From Ignavibacteriota bacterium (GTDB lineage: Bacteria > Bacteroidota > Ignavibacteria > Palsa-1295), in NCBI GenBank assembly GCA_963787835.1, contig CAWBEI010000002.1, forward strand, positions 128,001 through 192,000: a DNA stretch of 64,000 nt, given 5' to 3'. Shown one piece after another: positions 10,265 to 19,841 of the stretch (position 1 is the first letter of the stretch; every line of letters begins with the position of its first letter). The notes below the pieces were generated by a model. That model was not told the origin of the DNA, did no database searches, and saw only the letters and a program-made list of their open reading frames with translations. The translations under genes and the position numbers were made by a program.

Positions 10265-11857
10265 CGCATAAGAGCGGAACATTCGCTCATGGGAAAAGCT
10301 ATGACGAAGCTTTTGAGTGAGTGTATCCCAATGTGCCATCTCACTCGAAGGTCTGTGATAGAATCGGTCTTCAAAACGAGAGACAATCGCAAACTGCTTC
10401 GACGAATCGGGCATATAATTACTTGTCGCAGCACTATCCCATGTAATCGTTCGTGAATACTTTCCGGAAATCCATCCCAATGTCCATCCGGAAGTATAAT
10501 AGGCAAGTTGGGGTGCGTATGCCTCGTTGGGGAAATCGGGATGAATAATGATAACATCGCTTTTTGCAGGATACGACTGCAATATTCTGGCTATTTGAGA
10601 CGCGCCATTGTCATAGACGGATGCCGATTGGGAAACAAGATGTGTGAGAGCAATACCGAGAAGCAGCGTTGACAATATTACTGCATTTCTGGACTCTTTT
10701 TGGATAAATCTCCAAAAAAGTAAAGCTACGATCATCGTGATAACAATAGTAACGATGCCAGCAATTGGCATTTGTATTTCATCCCATGAGATGCGGTGGG
10801 TTAAAAACATGCGCAATTGTTCACTCGAAGACCATATGAGAGCAACCAATATCAGACAATAAAGAATAGTAACTTTTTTCGAAGATATCCCCCCCACTCT
10901 ATCCCAGATGGCAGCGATCAGAATCGACGCAGGTGCAAGAAGTAGAAAGGCAAAATGTGGCATCCTCGTACCCACTAATTGAAGCACGATCATCAGTAGC
11001 AAAATCCAGATAAATGACGAACGAAACCATGTGCTTGCATTCCAGGCACAAGGTACCATAATAATAAGTGGCATCGAAACGAGCAACTGGTTCAAATAAT
11101 ACCACCAAGCGAGCGATGAAGGCGCGTAGCCACCACCTCGTATCGCGTCAAGTCCGCTATAGACATGGCTCCAATATTCGGGATGTCGCGAAGTCATAAC
11201 CAGGAACCACGGAAACGCAGCAACGAAGGCGGTCGAGAGCGCAAATCCAACAAACAACATTCTCTTCGGCTTGGAAAACGACCATGGCGCAAGGAGTACG
11301 AATGGCAAGATAAAAAGCGCTTCACTAAATTTCGTGAGCAGACCCAATCCGAGAAGAACCCCACTAAGAATTGCGTATATCCATCGATCTTGTTCGATGG
11401 CGATTAGGAGAAGATAGATCGCTGCGAGGCAGAAAAAAAGGAGTAAGCTCTCCATCTGCGCTCGGTGACTGAATTCGAGAAAAAGATCCGCCGCTGAAAG
11501 GGAGACTGCTGCTAGCAACGCGGCATCTTTTGATGCAAACTTGCGGACAATCGCCCAAAGCAAAAGGATGGAACCCGAAGCAGCCATTGCCATGGGCAAA
11601 CGAATTTCAAACGTGGAATCACCGAAAAAATATTTCGAAATGGCAATAAGCCAAACTCCGAGAGGAGGATGTGTACTTGAATATAAATGCCCAACGGCAT
11701 ATTGGGTCTGATCGAGCCATGCGCCGAACTTCAGACACGCATCGGCACGAATGACATACAGCGACTCATCCCACGGTTGAATTTCACCAAGTCCGAGCCG
11801 GATAAACGGCATCAGACATGCTACGATCAGCAACACACCTGGAATACGTCGTTTCAT
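10253..11857 (-). CDS. ArnT/PMT-like (GT39/GT83) polytopic membrane glycosyltransferase
   Basis: WDES.Y, HPPL, RLP and GLLTK motifs; many TM helices. Confidence 0.85.
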   Translation of the reverse strand: MKRRIPGVLLIVACLMPFIRLGLGEIQPWDESLYVIRADACLKFGAWLDQTQYAVGHLYSSTHPPLGVWLIAISKYFFGDSTFEIRLPMAMAASGSILLLWAIVRKFASKDAALLAAVSLSAADLFLEFSHRAQMESLLLFFCLAAIYLLLIAIEQDRWIYAILSGVLLGLGLLTKFSEALFILPFVLLAPWSFSKPKRMLFVGFALSTAFVAAFPWFLVMTSRHPEYWSHVYSGLDAIRGGGYAPSSLAWWYYLNQLLVSMPLIIMVPCAWNASTWFRSSFIWILLLMIVLQLVGTRMPHFAFLLLAPASILIAAIWDRVGGISSKKVTILYCLILVALIWSSSEQLRMFLTHRISWDEIQMPIAGIVTIVITMIVALLFWRFIQKESRNAVILSTLLLGIALTHLVSQSASVYDNGASQIARILQSYPAKSDVIIIHPDFPNEAYAPQLAYYTSGWTLGWISGKYSRTITWDSAATSNYMPDSSKQFAIVSRFEDRFYHRPSSEMAHWDTLTQKLRHSFSHERMFRSYALYY

Positions 11858-12877
11858 TTATTGGATCACAAGCGGCGATGGAGTAAAACAGAGAATAAAG
11901 ATCCCGATCGTAATATAACCGATGATCTTTCTACGAAGATCGAGCGAACTTTCATCCTCACATGGTGGATGACGAAAACGAATCACGAAGGTGATAATAA
12001 GTGCCCACAGCAGCCACGTCTCACCGCCTGGAATAGCCATTGCATGTAACCAACGCGGCGTGTTATCGATATATTGGACGAGCACGGCCGGAATTGAAAT
12101 AACGAAAAGCACGAGAGCCGTAAACTGTCCTAATCGCTTATGAATTATTCGCCCCAGCAGCGTGTAGGTTAAATGCCCGCCGTCGAGCTGGCCGATAGGA
12201 AGTAAATTTAGCGCTGTCACAAACGTGCCAAACCATCCAGCGCACAGCATGGGATAGTGATAAACTTCTGACATCGGCGGCATGTAGCCATTTGGGTTCG
12301 CGAATAACTTTTTCATTCCACTGAAGAAGAGGGTGTTGCCAAACGAGAGCTCCAGCATCCCAGGCTTCATTACTTCATTCGGAAAATCCGGATGGATCTG
12401 CTGAAGGTACTCGATGCCCGGAAGTGTAGCAAAACCGATCGCGAGTATGATGATACAGGCGGTAAATCCAGCGATGGGGCCAGCCACGCCAATATCAAAC
12501 ATGACCTTATTCGACGGCACTTTCGAACGGGTACGAATTACGGCTCCCATCGTTCCAAAGCTTATGGAACCATATTGCGCTCCCGGAAACGGGATATAAA
12601 ACGGCAATGTCGCATCGACCTTATGAATTCTCGCGGCAATGAAATGACCGAACTCATGCGCCGTCAGGAAGAACATAACGAGCGTAGCATACTCCAAGCC
12701 TAAGTGAAGATTCGAAAGATCACCCGGATCTTGAACCCCTCGCCATGCTTCACCTGCCAGCGTCGTCGTGAGATAGGTTACCAGAAAAAGCAGGATGTGG
12801 AGCCACAACCGCTGCTTACCTAGCACACGAGTGAATACACTATCGAGTGGATGTGTGGGATCAGAAATCTCGGACAT
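11858..12877 (-). CDS. site-2 protease (peptidase M50)
   Basis: HEFGH, AGPIAG and NLLPIGQLDGG motifs. Confidence 0.92.
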   Translation of the reverse strand: MSEISDPTHPLDSVFTRVLGKQRLWLHILLFLVTYLTTTLAGEAWRGVQDPGDLSNLHLGLEYATLVMFFLTAHEFGHFIAARIHKVDATLPFYIPFPGAQYGSISFGTMGAVIRTRSKVPSNKVMFDIGVAGPIAGFTACIIILAIGFATLPGIEYLQQIHPDFPNEVMKPGMLELSFGNTLFFSGMKKLFANPNGYMPPMSEVYHYPMLCAGWFGTFVTALNLLPIGQLDGGHLTYTLLGRIIHKRLGQFTALVLFVISIPAVLVQYIDNTPRWLHAMAIPGGETWLLWALIITFVIRFRHPPCEDESSLDLRRKIIGYITIGIFILCFTPSPLVIQ

Positions 12878-13727
12878 CTAATTGTAATTTAAGTTGACTC
12901 ACTTTCGCTCCCGCATCGGTGCCCGCCCATGATGAGCCGTAATAATATTCAAGCTGCAGCCCCATTACGCCAAAATCGGATGCCATTTGTTCGATCCGAA
13001 GTCCGCAAGCGATAGATGGCCACACCGGGCCATCGCCACTGGTAACGAACAATGAAACGGGATAAGATTTGCCAATAGGTCCATACGGACCTCTGCCAGC
13101 ATAAGTCGCAATCTCTGCAAATCGCCAAGTGAAGCTTGCTGGAAATGCGACGCATGGTTCGATCTTAGTAACCTGATGGAAATATCCTCGAACTCCAACC
13201 GTCCATGAAATTCCTTCGTCAAACATATCTCTCAATGGAACTTCTCGCATGAGTTCAACGAACTCCCTGCTATACTTGCTGCTCGACCCGCCGGCAATGC
13301 TGTCAGATCCATCGACAAGGTGGGAGGAAATATGGCTGACCCTGAAACGCCACGTCGCATAGTCAGTGTGCCAATCTTCATGCCAATTGGCAAAAACACC
13401 GAAGAAATAATCGGCCGTCTGCACTGGAAATCGAAATTGTGAAAGTGTTTCCAGTCTGCTCCACACTACACCTTCCAACCCGATCCCTACGCCTTTGACC
13501 TGAATAATATCCATCCCATACCCAAGCTTCAGCCACAGGGACGGATCGAGAATTTCTTTTTCAATAGCAAAATTATTTGGTTCCAAAAAGAGCGCGGACT
13601 GTTGTACCCAAACATGCTTATCGTAAGGCGGTGGTAAAACATAATCCACGTATATTCGCCCACCATCTTGCGCGATGCATACGGAGATAGGAACAAAAAG
13701 AAGAATAGTTGTAATCAGCCACTTCAA
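12861..13727 (-). CDS. exported/outer-membrane protein, DUF1207-like
   Basis: Signal peptide; ADYFFG, HISSHLVDG and YSREF motifs; C-terminal Phe. Confidence 0.55.
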   Translation of the reverse strand: MKWLITTILLFVPISVCIAQDGGRIYVDYVLPPPYDKHVWVQQSALFLEPNNFAIEKEILDPSLWLKLGYGMDIIQVKGVGIGLEGVVWSRLETLSQFRFPVQTADYFFGVFANWHEDWHTDYATWRFRVSHISSHLVDGSDSIAGGSSSKYSREFVELMREVPLRDMFDEGISWTVGVRGYFHQVTKIEPCVAFPASFTWRFAEIATYAGRGPYGPIGKSYPVSLFVTSGDGPVWPSIACGLRIEQMASDFGVMGLQLEYYYGSSWAGTDAGAKVSQLKLQLDVRDF

Positions 13728-14848
13728 TGCTTATACACTCTCCCTTTCCACTTCACATTTTTTTGCATGAGCATGATGGGCATGGAAAAAATGAAGAGCG
13801 CAAGATAGATCTCATAGATCGGGAAAAATTTCAGGAGTGATTGTTTGCCCGTCCGGACCAGTACCGGCAAAATGATGAGCAGATCGGCTGCCCATTTGAT
13901 CCCAATGACTGCGAACGCCGTAGCAATTGGAAGAACAAAAAATGCCAGCACCATCGCAAGGTGTGCAAGCATACCAATAATAAAGATCACATAACCAACG
14001 AATTTCAAGCCCTCACCGCCCTTTACCCAGCGGTGTTTCTGCCGCCACCATGCTCGAAAATCGGGGCATGGCTCGCTCATCACCGTAAGATCGCTGTGAA
14101 TAGGAAAACGAACCTTCCACGGTTTCTTTTTCCAGATCGCCTGAAAAAGTGCGTAATCTTCTGTCACGCTGAATAGAATATTACGATAGCCTCCAACATC
14201 TTCATACGCTGCGCGCCTGAGAGAAATGTTATTTCCAATCACGGAGAGCGGGATATTGATATTGGCGCTGGCAGCAGCCATGCCAAGCAAAAATGACCAA
14301 TCGATCGATTGAATGCCATCGAGAAAATATGTCTGATCGAGCAGCGTAATGCTGGCGACCATGCCGGTGTCATCTGAATAGTATTCCAGATATTCCCGTA
14401 CCCAATTCGGCTGTACATGGGAATCGGCATCGGTGATCATTACGAATTCCCCTTGTGCGGCGTCCATACCTTGCGTTAGGGCATTTACTTTTCCGCGCAT
14501 ATGCAGAACTTCTTCCCCGGTACGAAGTACTTGCAGATTCGGCATCCGTTCCTTCCATGCCTCCAGGATTTCTGGCGTGCGGTCAGTGGATTTATCATCC
14601 ACAATAAGAAGCTGGAGTCTATCTTTCGGGTAGTTCAGAGCATTGAGCGATTTCAGGCATTTCTCGATATTCCTTTCCTCGTCGCGAGCGCACACCAGCA
14701 CGGTGCAAAGCGGTAAAGCAGCCGGGTCAACATCCTGAAGCGATCGTTCTGGCTCTCGGGTTGCACGATACACTCCGATCACGTAAATGACATGCTCGAT
14801 GAAATAAAGAAGAACGACGAGAAGGAAAAAACCGGCCAGCGAATTCAA
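13724..14848 (-). CDS. membrane GT2 glycosyltransferase (QxxRW class)
   Basis: DDKSTD, TDADS, TED and QKHRW motifs; TM helices at both ends. Confidence 0.87.
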   Translation of the reverse strand: MNSLAGFFLLVVLLYFIEHVIYVIGVYRATREPERSLQDVDPAALPLCTVLVCARDEERNIEKCLKSLNALNYPKDRLQLLIVDDKSTDRTPEILEAWKERMPNLQVLRTGEEVLHMRGKVNALTQGMDAAQGEFVMITDADSHVQPNWVREYLEYYSDDTGMVASITLLDQTYFLDGIQSIDWSFLLGMAAASANINIPLSVIGNNISLRRAAYEDVGGYRNILFSVTEDYALFQAIWKKKPWKVRFPIHSDLTVMSEPCPDFRAWWRQKHRWVKGGEGLKFVGYVIFIIGMLAHLAMVLAFFVLPIATAFAVIGIKWAADLLIILPVLVRTGKQSLLKFFPIYEIYLALFIFSMPIMLMQKNVKWKGRVYKH

Positions 14849-14899
14849 TGATAATAAGAAGTTAGAGTTGTCAAAAAAGTATTCACGAAGTAGCGTTCC

Positions 14900-14934
14900 A
14901 CTTCTTCATTCTTAACTCTTAATTCTTAATTTTC
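14900..14934. repeat. degenerate heptamer tandem repeat (TTCTTAA-like)
   Basis: ttcttcattcttaactcttaattcttaattttc. Confidence 0.5.
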
Positions 14935-15621
14935 CTACTGCCATTCCGTTACTTGAGCATGAAAATCCAGAAGTACTTCGTCCGGATTCAGGGTGTGAAG
15001 CTGCATCACGATCTTATCATCGACATGAAGCGCACCGACCCCTTTCGGTGTGCCAGTGTACAGCAGATCTCCAGGTCGTACCGAGCATATCCTCGAGATG
15101 TAGGGAAGCAGCATCTCCGGTGAAAAGATCATCTGATTCGTGGTGACGCGCTGGCGTAAGTCATCATTGACCCATAGCGAAAAGCCGAGTTCCTCGAACG
15201 GTGGCGCGGATTCGAACGGAATAAAATGGCTGACCTGCGCTGCGCCATCGAATCCTTTGGAGATCGTCCAAGGCAAACCTTTGCGCTTTGCCTCATTCTG
15301 CACATCCCGCATGGTAAGATCGAGGCCAATGGCATACCCAGCGATCACATCGGCGGGCGAATAGGCATGAATATTCCTTCCGCCGCCGCGCAAGAGCAGG
15401 ATGAGTTCCCCCTCGTAATGAAGTTCCTTCGTCAAGGGCGGATACTCGATGAGGTTATACGAGCCATGCCGGAGCGCATTCGCCGGTTTTACGAAAATGA
15501 TCGGATCCTGAGGGACCTCCTGCCCAAGTTCCTGGGCATGCTCCACATAATTACGACCGACGCAGAACACGGTTCCCGCCTCGTACTCATCCTCGCTGTA
15601 CCCATCGAATAGCAGCTTCAT
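14935..15621 (-). CDS. fumarylacetoacetate hydrolase family protein
   Basis: CVGRNYVEH, HYEGEL, DLTMRD and TGTPKGVG motifs. Confidence 0.92.
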   Translation of the reverse strand: MKLLFDGYSEDEYEAGTVFCVGRNYVEHAQELGQEVPQDPIIFVKPANALRHGSYNLIEYPPLTKELHYEGELILLLRGGGRNIHAYSPADVIAGYAIGLDLTMRDVQNEAKRKGLPWTISKGFDGAAQVSHFIPFESAPPFEELGFSLWVNDDLRQRVTTNQMIFSPEMLLPYISRICSVRPGDLLYTGTPKGVGALHVDDKIVMQLHTLNPDEVLLDFHAQVTEWQ

Positions 15622-15660
15622 AGTCTATGATATTAAATAGTTACCTCACCAAAATCTCGA

Positions 15661-17025
15661 TCATTGCCGCTCCTGCTCGGCGAGCTTGTCACGGAGCGCG
15701 GCCAGGGAATCCGATAGCGAGTAGCGCGATGCTTTGCTCGTGGCGCGGTAATCCTTGAGGGCGGTCTGCTCAGTTTCGCGTTCGGCCGCCGAGAGCGAAA
15801 GTGTGATGCGTGGCTTTGCATCGGAATCCGATCGGCCTTTACGTTCGAACTCAATAACGCGCAAACCCTCGATGGGCTTGCCTACTTTAAATACATCTTC
15901 TAATCGCATGGGCGCCGGATCGTTCGTGACCTCGCCACGCGGTACAAAACCCTCCGCGCCATGGTCCAGCGCGATCACTAATCCGCCGCGCGTAATTTCC
16001 TTGATCGTCCCGTTGTGATCCGTGCCGCGCCGAAAGGTATTCTCGATCACACGCATCGGGTCTTCAATAAGCTGCTTGCGGCTCACAGTGATCCGTCGGT
16101 CGCGCGAATCAACGGTCAGCACTTTTACCTCGAACTCATCTCCCATAGCAACAGCGTCCGCAGCGCTGCCGATGCGCTGCCATGCAATTTCCGAGATCGG
16201 CAAAAATGCGTGAAGACCGTTCGGGAGTTCGATCTCCGCTCCGAAATTATCGGCGGAAACCACTTTCGCCATATGGATCTGTCCGGGGGCATATTCGGCA
16301 TAAAGCGCAAGTTCAGGATCGGGCGTGAGCTGCCGAATGCCAAGGCGAACTTCTCTGCGCCCTCGGTCGAGTGCTAAAATTTTCGCAGTGACGGTGTCAC
16401 CACGCTTCAGAATTTCATACGGTTGATCCACCTTCTTCCAGGAAAGATCTCGCAGAAGAATAACCGCGTCAATGCCATTGCCAAGATCGACCTTCACGTT
16501 GCTGTGGTCGAAATTCTTTACTTTGACTTCGAGAATATCGCCTACATTCAAATTCTTGATCGCCTCGTGGCCTGCAGCGCGCGCCTCCTCATCGAGCACG
16601 GCACGATGGCTTAGGCTGATCTCGGGATTATCCGATCCCGGCTTCGCCTTGATGTTCGTAATTTTTACGGCAAGCGTCTTACCAAAATAATGCGCAATGT
16701 TACGATTCGGGTCATGATCGATATTATCATTCGGCAGGAATGCCTTGATGGCCGATTGTCCCTCGATAATAGGATCGACGATCTCCATTTCGAGGCCGTT
16801 CTTCTGCCACTTGACCACCCGCGCATTGACCGACTCCCGATGGCGCATTTTCGCTCGCAGCGGTTCCCATTCATCCGTTGGACGGGGTTTGCGTTCTTTG
16901 GCCGGTTCGGAGAGTGCGGGGGCTCCTTCAGCAGTGGCTTCCGGAGGGGTTTCTGCCTCCGTTTCCGGCGAGGCGGCAAGGGATTCTGGCACTATTATTT
17001 CGTGAGTGAGTTCGGGGTTCGTCAT
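15661..17025 (-). CDS. S1 RNA-binding multi-domain protein (ribosomal S1-like, about 4 S1 domains)
   Basis: Repeated S1 motifs (AFLP..., DLSW, AFLPISEIAW, GFVPRGEV) and RITLSL; start at ATG 17025. Confidence 0.8.
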   Translation of the reverse strand: MTNPELTHEIIVPESLAASPETEAETPPEATAEGAPALSEPAKERKPRPTDEWEPLRAKMRHRESVNARVVKWQKNGLEMEIVDPIIEGQSAIKAFLPNDNIDHDPNRNIAHYFGKTLAVKITNIKAKPGSDNPEISLSHRAVLDEEARAAGHEAIKNLNVGDILEVKVKNFDHSNVKVDLGNGIDAVILLRDLSWKKVDQPYEILKRGDTVTAKILALDRGRREVRLGIRQLTPDPELALYAEYAPGQIHMAKVVSADNFGAEIELPNGLHAFLPISEIAWQRIGSAADAVAMGDEFEVKVLTVDSRDRRITVSRKQLIEDPMRVIENTFRRGTDHNGTIKEITRGGLVIALDHGAEGFVPRGEVTNDPAPMRLEDVFKVGKPIEGLRVIEFERKGRSDSDAKPRITLSLSAAERETEQTALKDYRATSKASRYSLSDSLAALRDKLAEQERQ

Positions 17026-17236
17026 ATATATTATTGTACAACGGCGAATAAGGGAATACGGTTGCCCGAAAAGTAACAATCAAGCCCTTTCCGGCAGGGT
17101 TGAAGAAGGGAGCGGATTATTGCTTATTCAGCTTTCTCATCGCTTCAAGCAGGGCTGGTGATTTTACGATTTCTGGCTGATTGAAAAGCCGTTTTTACTG
17201 GGACGGAGCGATTTCATTATTAAAAGCCTAAACGGA

Positions 17237-19330
17237 TCATGCAGGAATATAAATATCGAATCGAGCCCCTTTATGAAGTTCGCTGGTTGCGGTAATAATG
17301 CCATTATGATTCTCCACGATCTTTTTTACGATGGCGAGACCTATGCCTGTGCCGGCATATTCTTCTTTATCGTGAAGTTTTTGGAATACTTCAAAAATGC
17401 GATCGTTGAATTTGGGTTCAAAGCCGATGCCGTTATCGCTAACGGTGATGTGGCAATATTTTTTGTCGGGGGAAAGCTTTTCGTTGTTCAGATGACTACC
17501 CGTTTCGATGGTACTTGTGATAATGATATGCGGCGACACCTGAGGAACCGAAAACTTGAGTGCGTTGCCGATCAGATTTAGCATTAATTGCCGGAACTGA
17601 AACCGAATGACGTTGACCGGGCAAAGATCGATGGCCTCGATGACCGCGTGTTTCTCCTCGATGCTTTCCCTCAATTCTGTCTTTACTTCTTCGATAATGA
17701 TATTCAGATCCGTATTGACGAATATTCTTTCCGCCGTATTGACACGAGAAAATGCAAGAAGATCCTCGATCAGGGTTTGCATCCGTTTCGCGGATTCCTG
17801 TATTCGGCGGAAAAACTCTTTGCCTTTCTCGGATAGGTTCGCATTTTCATTTTCGCTGATCCGGCTTACAAAAGTTTGAATTTTGCGGAGTGGCTCCTGT
17901 AGATCGTGGCTCGATACATAAGTGAATGCGAGAAGCTCTTTATTGGCAATGCTTAATTCCTCGGCTCGTTTTTCCTTTTCGTCATTTTGAAAGGCGAGTT
18001 CTTTGTTGGCAATGATGAGCTCGGCGGCCCTCTTTTCTTTTTCATCGTTTTGGAACGCAAGTTCCTCGTTAGCGATGATCAGTTCAGCCGCGCGTTTTTC
18101 CTTTTCTGCGGCTCGCTTCTCTTTTTCATTGCTTTGAAAAGCAAGCTCCTCGTTGGCAATGATAAGCTCTGCGGCCCGCTTCTCTTTCTCATCGTTTTGA
18201 TAGGCCAGCTCGATGTTCGCAATATTTAGCTCTGCGGCGCGCTTTTCTTTCTCATGGTTTTGAAAGGCAAGTTCGATATTCGCGATATTTAGCTCTGCTG
18301 CACGTTTTTCTTTTACTTGATTTTGGACAGCGAGCTCTTTGTTGGCAACGACCAATTCTTCAGCCCGCTTTTCCTTCTGATCGTTTTGAAAAGCGAGTTC
18401 TTTGTTCGCTATACTTAGTTCCGCAGCTCGCTTTTCTTTCTCTTTATTCTGAAATGCGAGTTCCTTGTTGGCGATCCTCAGCTCCTCGGCGCGTTTCTCC
18501 TTTTCCTCATTTTGGAACGCAAGTTCCTTGTTGGCGACACCTAACTCCGCTGCACGTTTTTCCTTTTCATCGTTTTGATAGGCAAGCTCGATGTTTGCAA
18601 TGTTCAGCTCTGCAGCGCGCTTTTCTTTTTCTTTATTTTGGAAGGCAAGTTCATCGTTGGCAACAACAAGTTCAGCGGCGCGTTTTTCCTTCACCTGATT
18701 TTGATAGGCCAGCTCTTTGTTGGCAATGACCAATTCTTCGGCGCGTTTTTCTTTCTGATCGTTCTGAAATGCAAGCTCTTTATTCGCAATGCTTAACTCG
18801 GCTGCTCGCTTTTCTTTTTCTTTATTTTGAAATGCAAGTTCTTTGTTGGCGATGCCTAACTCGGCAGCGCGTTTCTCTTTTTCTCCATCTTGGTAAGCGA
18901 GTTCTTTATTAGCGATACCTAACTCTGCCGCTCGTTTTTCTTTCTCATCGTTTTGGAATGCAAGCTCCTTGTTAGCGATATTTAGTTCTGCCGCTCGTTT
19001 TGCCTTCTCTTTATTTTGAAACGCAAGTTCCTTGTTCGCGATGATAAGCTCTGCCGCGCGTTTTTCCTTCTCGTCGTTTTGGAAGGCGAGTTCTTTATTG
19101 GCAATGATCAACTTATCCGATTTCTTACTCTTTGACCCATTTTTTTTGCTCGTGGCGACAATTGCAGCATCAGCCACTGCTTCGGCAACCGCCGCTTTGG
19201 CGACATCTGCTTTAGCTACCGCATCTTTGGCAACTATTGCTGTTGCGATCGCTGCTTTGGCTACCGCTGCCGTGGCTGCGGCCGCTGTGGGAAGTCGGTA
19301 CGCGAATTTCGTTAATTTTGCTGTTTTCAT
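17237..19330 (-). CDS. cytoplasmic histidine kinase with 18 tandem 21-aa coiled-coil repeats and no sensor domain
   Basis: H-box SHDLQEPLRK, N-box NLIGNALKF, DNGIGF, GTGIGLAIVKKI; no TM helix. Confidence 0.92.
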   Translation of the reverse strand: MKTAKLTKFAYRLPTAAAATAAVAKAAIATAIVAKDAVAKADVAKAAVAEAVADAAIVATSKKNGSKSKKSDKLIIANKELAFQNDEKEKRAAELIIANKELAFQNKEKAKRAAELNIANKELAFQNDEKEKRAAELGIANKELAYQDGEKEKRAAELGIANKELAFQNKEKEKRAAELSIANKELAFQNDQKEKRAEELVIANKELAYQNQVKEKRAAELVVANDELAFQNKEKEKRAAELNIANIELAYQNDEKEKRAAELGVANKELAFQNEEKEKRAEELRIANKELAFQNKEKEKRAAELSIANKELAFQNDQKEKRAEELVVANKELAVQNQVKEKRAAELNIANIELAFQNHEKEKRAAELNIANIELAYQNDEKEKRAAELIIANEELAFQSNEKEKRAAEKEKRAAELIIANEELAFQNDEKEKRAAELIIANKELAFQNDEKEKRAEELSIANKELLAFTYVSSHDLQEPLRKIQTFVSRISENENANLSEKGKEFFRRIQESAKRMQTLIEDLLAFSRVNTAERIFVNTDLNIIIEEVKTELRESIEEKHAVIEAIDLCPVNVIRFQFRQLMLNLIGNALKFSVPQVSPHIIITSTIETGSHLNNEKLSPDKKYCHITVSDNGIGFEPKFNDRIFEVFQKLHDKEEYAGTGIGLAIVKKIVENHNGIITATSELHKGARFDIYIPA
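17960..19114 (-). repeat. 63-bp coding tandem repeat, 18 copies plus one 21-bp (7-aa) insert
   Basis: Unit ELxIANKELAFQNxEKEKRAA; extra EKEKRAA after unit 16. Confidence 0.95.
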
Positions 19331-19800
19331 AATGGTATATTCTCCAGATCGCCTTTGATAACAAAGTTTTCTGTTGCCGGCTGGGTCAAATTATCTTCCG
19401 TCGCAAGCAGGAGAGCTTGGTAAATTACTTTCTTAAGTTGCGAAAATTCAGCGGGCTTGCGGATGTAATAATTCGCCCCTTTTTTGTACAGCAAGTTCAC
19501 CACGTCTTGTTCGAACGACGTCGAGAAAATGATCACAGGAAGATGTTTCAATTTTTCATCAAGCTTTAATTCCGCTAAGACCTCGAACCCGTTTTTGCGA
19601 GGCATGTTGAGATCGAGGAAAAGCACATGTGGAGGCGGAGGCTCGAGTTTGTCTTCTTCAAGCAATCGCATGAGCTGCTCGCCATCATGCACGGTGGTAA
19701 GTTTTGCCGTGATCGGCAGTTCGTCTAATGCATCTTTGAAAAAGAGGCAATCGTCTTTGTCATCATCGGCCAGAAGTAGGATCACTGGATTCGGCATCAT
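19327..19800 (-). CDS. single-domain response regulator (Rcp1/CheY-like)
   Basis: ADDD, FLDLNMP and KP motifs; ATGA overlap with the kinase start. Confidence 0.93.
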   Translation of the reverse strand: MMPNPVILLLADDDKDDCLFFKDALDELPITAKLTTVHDGEQLMRLLEEDKLEPPPPHVLFLDLNMPRKNGFEVLAELKLDEKLKHLPVIIFSTSFEQDVVNLLYKKGANYYIRKPAEFSQLKKVIYQALLLATEDNLTQPATENFVIKGDLENIPL

Positions 19801-19841
19801 CTTTAGAAAATAAAAAAAAATCGTTATGACTATGAGATCGG

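Noticed and set aside
17960-19114. The 63-bp repeats as CRISPR or a non-coding VNTR
   Set aside because: There are no spacers, and the repeats are in frame with synonymous variation, so they are protein repeats.
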